From assembly GCF_000020025.1 (NCBI RefSeq), contig NC_010628.1, forward strand, positions 690,001-722,000: 32,000 nt of DNA, given 5' to 3'. Position 1 is the first letter of the stretch. Every line of letters begins with the position of its first letter. A program made the translations under genes and the position numbers. Shown in pieces: positions 25,346 to 32,000 of the stretch. The notes beneath the pieces are model-generated. The model saw only the letters and a program-made list of their open reading frames with translations. It was not told the DNA's origin and ran no database searches. Source of the DNA: Nostoc punctiforme PCC 73102. Its GTDB lineage: Bacteria; Cyanobacteriota; Cyanobacteriia; Cyanobacteriales; Nostocaceae.

Positions 25346-27430
25346 ATGGTTGTTATGAAGAGCAAAAATCAAGCTGTTTTCGCTTTAATTGTAAAAAGTA
25401 CTATTGTCTTTTTACCCTTACTATTATCCGTTGGAATTGCCAATGGGCAATCTGCACCATCACTTTCCCCAGCACTAACCCAGATTTCGGTGTTGTCGAA
25501 TCAGGAACGGGAAGAATTAGCACGACTAAGAGCAGAAAAGCGAATTCAACAGCAAGTCCAATCTGATTTTAATAGCGCTTTTAGCCGTACAACTATTTTA
25601 CTCAATGTCTGGCTAGTTATATTAAGCCTATTTCCAGTCGCAATCATTGCTTTATTTTGGCTTCTCCGACGGGTGGTAATCCGTGAAATTGTTGATAGAG
25701 CGATGCAACAATTACAGGGAATGGAAAAATTACAAAATCAGCTAGCCACCGTTAAACAAGAGGCTGAAAATGTTATTCAAGATGCTAAAAAAATAAATGA
25801 TGAATTAGAACGGGAAACGGTTAGTTTACAACAAAAAATTAAAAGCGAACAAGAAAATTTCTCTACCCTGACATCGGAACTAGATTTAGCTAAATCACAG
25901 GTATTAAGTAGATTAGAAAGTCAACTCAAAAAATCTCAAGAAAATATAGAAAGTTTAGAGTCACATTTTGCTACTGTTGTATCTAAATTAGAGCTTGATG
26001 CTCAACAACAAACAGATGTAGCGCTGGAAAATCTAGGAAATTTAGCATCTGTTCTGACACAAGAGTTGTCTAATTTAAAGTTAGGTGTACAACAACAGCA
26101 AGAGCTAGCCGTTGCTGATTTACAAGTATCAAGGTCTGAGTTCATATCTCAACTTTCTGGATGGCAGTCTGATGCTCAAAAGCAAAAGGATATAGTTTTT
26201 GAAAAATTGGCTAAATTGCAGTCAGAATTTGCCAATCAATTATCAGAATTACAAGTAGATACTCACGACAAAAAAGAGAACGCATTTGAGAGTTTAGGAA
26301 AGTTAGATAATGAATTAAAATCTCAGTTATCAGAACTACAGGCGGATGCTCAGGAGCAAAAAAATAAAATTGTTGAAAGTTTAGCAGCATTACAGTCAGA
26401 GTTTGCTGAACAACTATCTGAATTACAATTAGATGCTCAAAAGCGCAAAGTGTTAATTATTGAAAATTTAGAAAAATCTGCTTCTGAATTTAGTTCGCAA
26501 TTTTCAGAATTGCAATGGAATGCTCAACAACAAAAAATTATTATTTTGGAGAAGTTAGAAAGATTAGAAACTGAGTTTGTCTCTCAACTCTCTGAGTTAC
26601 AATTGGATGCCGAAGAAAGAAAGGATCTTATTCTTCAAGAACTAACTGAAATTACACCTGAATCTATCTTAGAAGCGGTGAATTATGAAGTTAAGGAAGA
26701 AAAAGAAGTAGAGGAACCGCCACAACAACCAGAATTGACTGCTGAGGAGTATGTAAAAGAGGGAGATGAGCTGTTTTCTAAAAGGCGCTATGAAGATGCG
26801 ATCGCAGCTTACAACCAAGCGGTTAAAATCCAACCTGATGAACCTGTGGCTTGGTTAAAACGAGGTCTAACTCTCGGAAGGTTGAAACGCTACAAAGATG
26901 CGATCGCATCCTACGAGCGAGCTATTCAGATTCAACCAGATTACCATCAAGCTTGGTGCGATCGCGGCGTTGCTTTTGGGAAATTACAACAGCATCAGCA
27001 AGCCTTTGCTTCATTCGAGAAAGCTACACAAATCAAGCCTGATGATGCTGTTGCTTGGTTAAATTGCGGTCTTTCTCTCGTAGCATTGGAAAAATATGAA
27101 GAGGCAATAGTGTCTTTTGATAAAGCGCTAGAATTTCAACCCAATTCTCCCAAAATCTGGGATAAACGCGGTTATACCTTGGTAAGATTGGGACGCGATG
27201 ATGAAGCGATCGCTAGTTTTAACAAAACTTTAGAAATTAAGCCAGATTATGCCAGTGCCTATTACAACAAAGCAGCCTGTTACGCACTGCAAAGACAAGT
27301 TGAACTATCTTTGGCAACTCTGAAACAGGCAATTGAACTCGATCCCAGGTATAAAGAAGACGCAGCAACTGACCTAGATTTTGATGATATTGCCGATGAT
27401 GAGCGCTTTAAGCAGTTAGTTACAGCGTGA
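25346..27430 (+). CDS. membrane-anchored coiled-coil protein with eight 29-aa tandem repeats and C-terminal TPR domain
   Basis: The track ORF starts at TTG 25301; the first ATG is at 25346 (MVVMKSKNQ...). It has a signal-like segment (FALIVKSTIVFLPLLLSVGIANG) and a second hydrophobic helix (LLNVWLVILSLFPVAIIALFWLL). A long Q/E/L-rich coiled coil follows, then about 6 TPR units (AIASYERAIQIQPDYHQAWCDRG...). Confidence 0.8.
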   Translation: MVVMKSKNQAVFALIVKSTIVFLPLLLSVGIANGQSAPSLSPALTQISVLSNQEREELARLRAEKRIQQQVQSDFNSAFSRTTILLNVWLVILSLFPVAIIALFWLLRRVVIREIVDRAMQQLQGMEKLQNQLATVKQEAENVIQDAKKINDELERETVSLQQKIKSEQENFSTLTSELDLAKSQVLSRLESQLKKSQENIESLESHFATVVSKLELDAQQQTDVALENLGNLASVLTQELSNLKLGVQQQQELAVADLQVSRSEFISQLSGWQSDAQKQKDIVFEKLAKLQSEFANQLSELQVDTHDKKENAFESLGKLDNELKSQLSELQADAQEQKNKIVESLAALQSEFAEQLSELQLDAQKRKVLIIENLEKSASEFSSQFSELQWNAQQQKIIILEKLERLETEFVSQLSELQLDAEERKDLILQELTEITPESILEAVNYEVKEEKEVEEPPQQPELTAEEYVKEGDELFSKRRYEDAIAAYNQAVKIQPDEPVAWLKRGLTLGRLKRYKDAIASYERAIQIQPDYHQAWCDRGVAFGKLQQHQQAFASFEKATQIKPDDAVAWLNCGLSLVALEKYEEAIVSFDKALEFQPNSPKIWDKRGYTLVRLGRDDEAIASFNKTLEIKPDYASAYYNKAACYALQRQVELSLATLKQAIELDPRYKEDAATDLDFDDIADDERFKQLVTA
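25967..26654 (+). repeat. 8 tandem 87-nt (29-codon) intragenic repeats
   Basis: Consensus F-x-x-Q-L-S-E-L-Q-x-D-A-Q-x-x-K-x-x-I-x-E-x-L-x-x-L-x-S-E. Examples: FANQLSELQVDTHDKKENAFESLGKLDNE, LKSQLSELQADAQEQKNKIVESLAALQSE, FAEQLSELQLDAQKRKVLIIENLEKSASE. Confidence 0.85.
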
Positions 27431-27448
27431 AAAGTTATTTGTCATTTG

Positions 27449-28231
27449 TCATTGATTCTTCTCCCTCATCTCTCCACTCCCCATATCTGGCGGATTTGGT
27501 TCGCTAGACATCGCTTTGAGTTTAGATGTAAAAGACTCAGAGCGATCGCTTTTTTCTGGGGTAAATTGCCCAATCGGGGCATGAATAGCAGCAGGTGGCA
27601 GCAGTTTTGGCTGTCGTTGATGATGGCTTGGTGGTGAGGGAGGCGGTGAACTTTCTTGTAAAGTTTGCCTTTGGCTAACAGCAGAGGATAGCTGAAGGGT
27701 TGCCGAAGAAGCAAATTTTCCAGAAAGGGGAGATTTGAGAACAGTTTTATTGTCTCTAGCTTCCTGCTTGGCTTCTTCTTCATCTAAAGATGTTTTTTGT
27801 TCATAACTTTTCAGTTGTAGAGTTGCAGTATTGCTGTTTTGATAGCCGTTACGAATCTTCGCAGGTGGTAATTGAGGACTCGTGACTCTCTCTACAATGG
27901 GATTTCTCTTGACTAGCGGTAGGCTTGGAGCAGGCGATGAGGTTAAGCTTTGGGGAAATTTGCTACAAATCATCCGTTCAAATTCCATATTGAAATGATA
28001 TGTAGCCTGATCCCGGCGCTGCCAAAATACTAAAATTTGCTGCACCGAAACTGCTTTATAACGGCCTTGATATAGTGCCTCAATTACTGCCAGGTGTAGC
28101 CAATTCAGTGGGTATTGAGTTTGCCAACGTTCAACTAGCTCATTGGCAGTATAGCCACTGAGATCAAAACTATAATTAATTAATAAAGCGATCGCCAAGT
28201 TGGCAGAAGTATCTGGGAGTGTTGTTAACAT
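27449..28231 (-). CDS. hypothetical protein with structured N-terminal domain and Pro/Ser-rich low-complexity C-terminus
   Basis: The track ORF starts at TTG 28252; ATG 28231 (MLTTLPDTSANLAIALL...) is preferred. The N-terminal ~100 aa look globular (YPLNWLHLAVIEALYQGRYKAVSVQQILVFWQRR). The C-terminal half is P/S/Q-rich. No family recognised. Confidence 0.55.
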   Translation of the reverse strand: MLTTLPDTSANLAIALLINYSFDLSGYTANELVERWQTQYPLNWLHLAVIEALYQGRYKAVSVQQILVFWQRRDQATYHFNMEFERMICSKFPQSLTSSPAPSLPLVKRNPIVERVTSPQLPPAKIRNGYQNSNTATLQLKSYEQKTSLDEEEAKQEARDNKTVLKSPLSGKFASSATLQLSSAVSQRQTLQESSPPPSPPSHHQRQPKLLPPAAIHAPIGQFTPEKSDRSESFTSKLKAMSSEPNPPDMGSGEMREKNQ

Positions 28232-28362
28232 GGGGCTATTAGCTTTCGGCAATAGGTCTTAAGATTCTTCACCCATCGCATATTAGCCTAGCGTGCTTTT
28301 AACTACATGGTTTTTTTTCCAATGAGTACAAAGCCGATAAGCAGTGTTTCCTATTCTACTTG

Positions 28363-29895
28363 TCAACTTCTAGAATGCAACCCTACATAGAATGATTTAA
28401 TCGCAGATGTTCGTCCAATGGCAACTAATGCTTGATAAACCATTGCTGCAACTTCGCCGCGTGTAGCCAAACGTAAAGGTGCAAGTAGTTGGGGATCTGG
28501 GTAATTAACGATGATTTTTTGTTGTGTAGCAGTGGCTACGGCTTTTCGGGCGTAGTCGGGAATGGTATGCCGATCGCTATATATTTCTAAAATATCGCTA
28601 TCAATAGCTGCTAGTCCCAGTCCGTTTACTAGGGAGACAATCACCTGTAGGCGTTGGACATGCTGATTGGGGCGAAAAGTGCGATCGCTAAATCCGCCAA
28701 CAAAGCCACCACTAGCCGCCACTTGGATAGCGCTATAAGCCCAAAAATCCTTGGGGACATCCGTAAAATCGGGTGCTGAGATTTTGGGAAATGGGTTAAA
28801 GGCGATCGCTACCAGAGATGCATACTGGGCGCGAGTCATGGGTTGATCTGGCTGGTAGCTACCATCGGCAAAACGATGAGTTAAATCCATGCTTACTAAT
28901 GCCTGGATAAATGGTTCTGCCCAATGTGCATCTAGTTGAACAGGCGCGGGGAGTTTTTGAGATGGTGCCGGAGCCGGAGCGTCAGATAAATTAGTGCTAA
29001 CCGCTACTGGATTGGCTGGGATCAATTCTGCCAAGCCCTTGACTAGAAAAGGATTCAAATGATTACCTACGGAAATTAGCTTTTGTTTAGTAGCATTATA
29101 CAAATCAAATTCACTATTATCACGAAAAATATTATCAGCAGAATCTTGGGTATTGCCTAAATCAGGAATTGCATTGCCATTGACTAATAGACCACCTTGG
29201 GTATTTTTAGTAATGAGATTTTGACGCAGCACCGGTTGGGCGTTGCGAGAAAGTGCGATCGCGGTACGATTTTCTGATAATTTGTTATTTGCGATCGTCG
29301 GAGTAGCAAAGTCACTAATTGCTATACCTAAAGGGTTTCTTTCAAATAAATTCCACAGTACTTCTCCCTGGCTATGACCTGCTATCACCAACCCGCTAGC
29401 AGTATTTTGCACAAATATGTTATCTAAAATTTCGGGTTTGGCAGCACCAGTGACAAACACGCCTTCCCGCCCACAGTCCCTCAAAGTATTATTCGCTAAA
29501 GTAGGTGCAGCCGATTCAATCCAAATACCAGTACCTTTAGCTGAGGGATTAGTGACAGTCACACCTAAAAGACTGGCATCATCTAGCAAGAGCAGCGTAA
29601 TATTTTGTATACCAAAGCTGGGACTTTGATATTCGCCACTCCCGCAAATTACAATATCTGCACCTTTATTAACTTCGTTACCCATCACTGTTGCCCCTTC
29701 AGGGATAATCAGTGGGAACACCTCACCACTAGCAGCGCTGTAAGTCCCCGGCTCAAGATGAATTATCGTCGGGATTTTGGTTATTTTTAAGGCACGGGTG
29801 AGGCTTTTAAACGGACTCAACCGTGAACCAGTATTAGTATCATTCCCTTTCATGGGGTTGATATAGAGTGTGACGACGAGGGTAGAGTTCACCAT
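28363..29895 (-). CDS. DUF1565-type right-handed beta-helix protein with three C-terminal SLH (S-layer homology) domains
   Basis: The N-terminus LYINPMKGNDTNTGSRLSPFKSLTRAL is typical of DUF1565, and PbH1-like repeats follow (ANNTL..., DNIFVQN..., ANNKLSEN..., RQNLITKN...). SLH motifs: FADGSYQPDQPMTRAQYASLV, FTDVPKDFWAYSAIQVAASGGFVGGFSDRTFRPNQHVQRLQ, and YARKAVATATQQKIIVNYP...ATRGEVAAMVYQAL. Start is uncertain: the track ORF extends to ATG 30051, adding a hydrophobic AT-rich 52 codons. Confidence 0.75.
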   Translation of the reverse strand: MVNSTLVVTLYINPMKGNDTNTGSRLSPFKSLTRALKITKIPTIIHLEPGTYSAASGEVFPLIIPEGATVMGNEVNKGADIVICGSGEYQSPSFGIQNITLLLLDDASLLGVTVTNPSAKGTGIWIESAAPTLANNTLRDCGREGVFVTGAAKPEILDNIFVQNTASGLVIAGHSQGEVLWNLFERNPLGIAISDFATPTIANNKLSENRTAIALSRNAQPVLRQNLITKNTQGGLLVNGNAIPDLGNTQDSADNIFRDNSEFDLYNATKQKLISVGNHLNPFLVKGLAELIPANPVAVSTNLSDAPAPAPSQKLPAPVQLDAHWAEPFIQALVSMDLTHRFADGSYQPDQPMTRAQYASLVAIAFNPFPKISAPDFTDVPKDFWAYSAIQVAASGGFVGGFSDRTFRPNQHVQRLQVIVSLVNGLGLAAIDSDILEIYSDRHTIPDYARKAVATATQQKIIVNYPDPQLLAPLRLATRGEVAAMVYQALVAIGRTSAIKSFYVGLHSRS

Positions 29896-30313
29896 TGATA
29901 GTTGAGAGTCAATTGTTTTAATTATGACAATCATAAATAACACTACTTGTAGCAAACTTTTTGAAAGTAGTATGACTGTGTATAGAAAATATATCCACGT
30001 TACTTTTTCTTGCAAGCAGATAATCTCTACACACAAGTTATAGACTCTCATGCAACATTCCGAGTTCTCATCTCGGCCTTTGGTATTCCCAGGTTAAAAG
30101 ACCACGGTTATCACCCTGACATCTCAGAGAAGAGTCAGAGGAAGTTTATCCCCAAAAATCAGCTTTGAATTTTCGGCACAACCATTCTATTTGGCACTAC
30201 TAACTCTATAACTGCGTCAAGCGTCTTGCAGCTAAATTACTGTATCAGTTTTCCTGGTGTAGCAATTTAACATTTATATGGAATGAAATTTAAGCAATTA
30301 GTAACCAGAAGTA

Positions 30314-32000
30314 ATGACAACTCAGTTTTGGGAAAAAAGCATAGGAATTAATGCGACTCTAACCAACTTACTATTAAACCCCGTGCGTAGATGCTTACTT
30401 TTATGCCGCAGCAAGTTACGTAAAGCGTCTGATGGAGTTGCGGCTAGTCGCCAAACATCGCCTTTCATTCATCAAGGTTGGTGGCTTTTAAGGAAGCGTC
30501 TGCTGCCATTATTATTTTTGATCTCATTCGTTGCGGTATTACTACTCAACAGCTTTGCCCCTGCTATTGCCCAACTTCCTCCTCAACCTCGTCAGGAAAT
30601 TCGGGGGGTGTGGCTCAGTAGTAACGATTTTAGCGTTTTCAGAAATCGCTCCAAGGTACAAGCAGCTATGAGCCAACTGCGGCAACTAAACTTTAACACT
30701 GTTTATCCCGTAGTTTGGAACGATGGCTATACACATTACCCCAGTGCCATCATGCAAAAAATGGGTATTCCCTTCTTCTTCAAGGGAGTAGATGGACAAG
30801 ATGTAATTGCAGACATTATTAGCCAAGCCCACAGCCAAGGGCTACTAGCAATACCCTGGTTTGAATTTGGTTTCATGGTTCCCCTAAGTTCCGAGCTCGC
30901 ATCGCAGCATCCAGATTGGCTAACGCAAATGCGGGATGGGACTCAAACTTCAACTAATGCTGCGGCTGAAGTAGCGTGGTTAAATCCCTTTCACCCCGAA
31001 GTGCAAAAGTTTATCACCGAACTTGTTATGGAAGTTATCACTCAATACGATGCTGATGGCATTCAATTTGACGACCATACGGGTTTACCTGTAGATTTTG
31101 GTTACGATAAGTACACGATTAGTCTATATACTCAAGAAACTGGCAATCCTCCTCCACCCAATCCCCAAGCTCAAGCATGGATAAAATGGCGGGCAGATAA
31201 AATTACTGCATTCATGGTAGACCTCTACCAAACTGTGAAATCCCGAAAACCGAATGCCATTTTCTCAGTTGCTCCCGATTATTATAATTTCGCCTACAAG
31301 CTATACCTGCAAGACTGGCTTAACTGGGTAAGGTTGGGTATTGTTGATGAGTTGGTTATGCAGGTATACCGTAAAGATTTGGAAAGTTTTATCACTCAAA
31401 TTACCCGCCCAGAAATTTTAGAAACCCAACAAATCATCCCAACTGGTATCGGTATTACGGCGGGGTTACGAAATAGCCCAGTTGCCTTACCACAAATTCA
31501 ATCTCAGGTGCAAGCAGCGCAACAACGCGGTTTAGGTATTAGCTTTTTTTACTACGAAAGCCTTTGGGATATTGCGCCTGAACCAGCAGCGCAAAGACAG
31601 TCAGCATTTGCAGCTCTTTTTCCAAACCCAGCGTTGCGCGATATCTCGCAAAATCCACCCCGCAAGCCAACTTTTGATACCATATCCTTACCTTTGTACA
31701 CAAAACCTTCCCTCGGTCAACGTGTTCGCGGCTATTTTCTAGAAATGGCGATCGCAAATGGTCAACCAAAACGTATCTTATTAGATACAGGTTCAGCAGG
31801 GCTGCGAGTTCCCAAAGAGTTTTTAGGTAATGCTCCTATCCGCAGAACGGGACAAAATATCAAGGAGATATTAAGTGATGGTACTATCCTTGAGGGAGAA
31901 TTAGTTTATACTAACATCCGATTTGGTTTGCTTCCCGCCACAGAACCCGTTCCGGTACAGGTTGTTACCAGTCGTCAATGTACTGCCCAAAAGCCTAATT
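30314..32000 (+). CDS. glycoside-hydrolase-like family 10 (GHL10/DUF187) protein with C-terminal pepsin-like segment (3' end outside window)
   Basis: Absent from the track because no stop occurs before the window end. By manual translation the frame is open from ATG 30314 to 31999. It has a hydrophobic signal-like segment (LLPLLFLISFVAVLLLNSFAPAIA) and GHL10-like blocks: IRGVWLSSNDF, LNFNTVYPVVWNDGYTHYPS, PWFEFGF, WLNPFHPEVQKFI, GIQFDDH. After about 31560 comes a linker and YFLEMAIANGQPKRILLDTGSAGLRVP. Confidence 0.75.
   Translation, partial: MTTQFWEKSIGINATLTNLLLNPVRRCLLLCRSKLRKASDGVAASRQTSPFIHQGWWLLRKRLLPLLFLISFVAVLLLNSFAPAIAQLPPQPRQEIRGVWLSSNDFSVFRNRSKVQAAMSQLRQLNFNTVYPVVWNDGYTHYPSAIMQKMGIPFFFKGVDGQDVIADIISQAHSQGLLAIPWFEFGFMVPLSSELASQHPDWLTQMRDGTQTSTNAAAEVAWLNPFHPEVQKFITELVMEVITQYDADGIQFDDHTGLPVDFGYDKYTISLYTQETGNPPPPNPQAQAWIKWRADKITAFMVDLYQTVKSRKPNAIFSVAPDYYNFAYKLYLQDWLNWVRLGIVDELVMQVYRKDLESFITQITRPEILETQQIIPTGIGITAGLRNSPVALPQIQSQVQAAQQRGLGISFFYYESLWDIAPEPAAQRQSAFAALFPNPALRDISQNPPRKPTFDTISLPLYTKPSLGQRVRGYFLEMAIANGQPKRILLDTGSAGLRVPKEFLGNAPIRRTGQNIKEILSDGTILEGELVYTNIRFGLLPATEPVPVQVVTSRQCTAQKPN

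Noticed and set aside
27446-27783. Alternative-frame ORFs 27446-27637 (+) and 27466-27783 (-)
   Set aside because: They overlap the low-complexity Pro/Ser-rich tail of the 27449-28231 gene. Repetitive composition keeps several frames open.
31539-31769. 76-aa minus-strand ORF
   Set aside because: It is embedded antisense in the open GHL10 reading frame, which has strong family motifs.
1-32000. tRNA, rRNA, tmRNA or riboswitch genes
   Set aside because: Scanning the intergenic regions by eye found no T-arm-like GGTTCGAATCC-type motif, rRNA-like segment or riboswitch core that I recognise. A covariance-model scan would be needed for certainty.

Overview
This window looks like chromosomal DNA from a filamentous, probably heterocyst-forming cyanobacterium (Nostocales-like). 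The evidence is frequent HIP1 octamers GCGATCGC (e.g. 1155-1162, 3019-3026, 13478-13485), STRR-type tandem heptamers in spacers, palindromic or MITE-like small dispersed repeats, and cyanobacterial gene content. I could not run any database search, so all family calls rest on motifs read from the translations. Ordinary genes: a divergent AraC regulator and cupin (plus a cyclophilin-like gene cut by the window edge), a TPR protein, a class I/II aminotransferase, YjbQ/UPF0047, a PaO/Tic55-like Rieske oxygenase, an ACC-deaminase/D-cysteine-desulfhydrase-family PLP enzyme, a SAM methyltransferase, a membrane-anchored coiled-coil/TPR protein, a DUF1565 beta-helix protein with SLH domains, and a GHL10-type glycoside-hydrolase-like protein running off the 3' edge. 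Items worth follow-up: (1) A tight three-gene signalling module on the minus strand (small ORF, response regulator, cNMP-binding histidine kinase). Its regulator output is a glutaredoxin-like plus thioredoxin-reductase-like flavoprotein that lacks both canonical CxxC centres. (2) Directly beside it lies a flv4 / sll0218-like / flv2 flavodiiron operon. Its flv4 is split by a 1452-bp IS4-superfamily element with a perfect 6-bp target duplication, and excising the element in silico restores the frame. (3) A large STAND defence-type gene (helical N-domain, Mrr-like nuclease, NACHT, pentapeptide repeats) is inactivated twice: by a frameshift and by an ISAzo13-like element inserted in the Walker A codons. 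That element's own transposase is also frameshifted. (4) The GHL10 protein continues into a C-terminal segment with a pepsin-like YF-x-E-x-x-I...LLDTGS-x-x-L-x-VP signature. (5) There are eight 87-nt (29-aa) tandem repeats in the coiled-coil protein and apparent in-frame small-repeat insertions in two enzymes. I recognised no rRNA, tRNA or CRISPR array.
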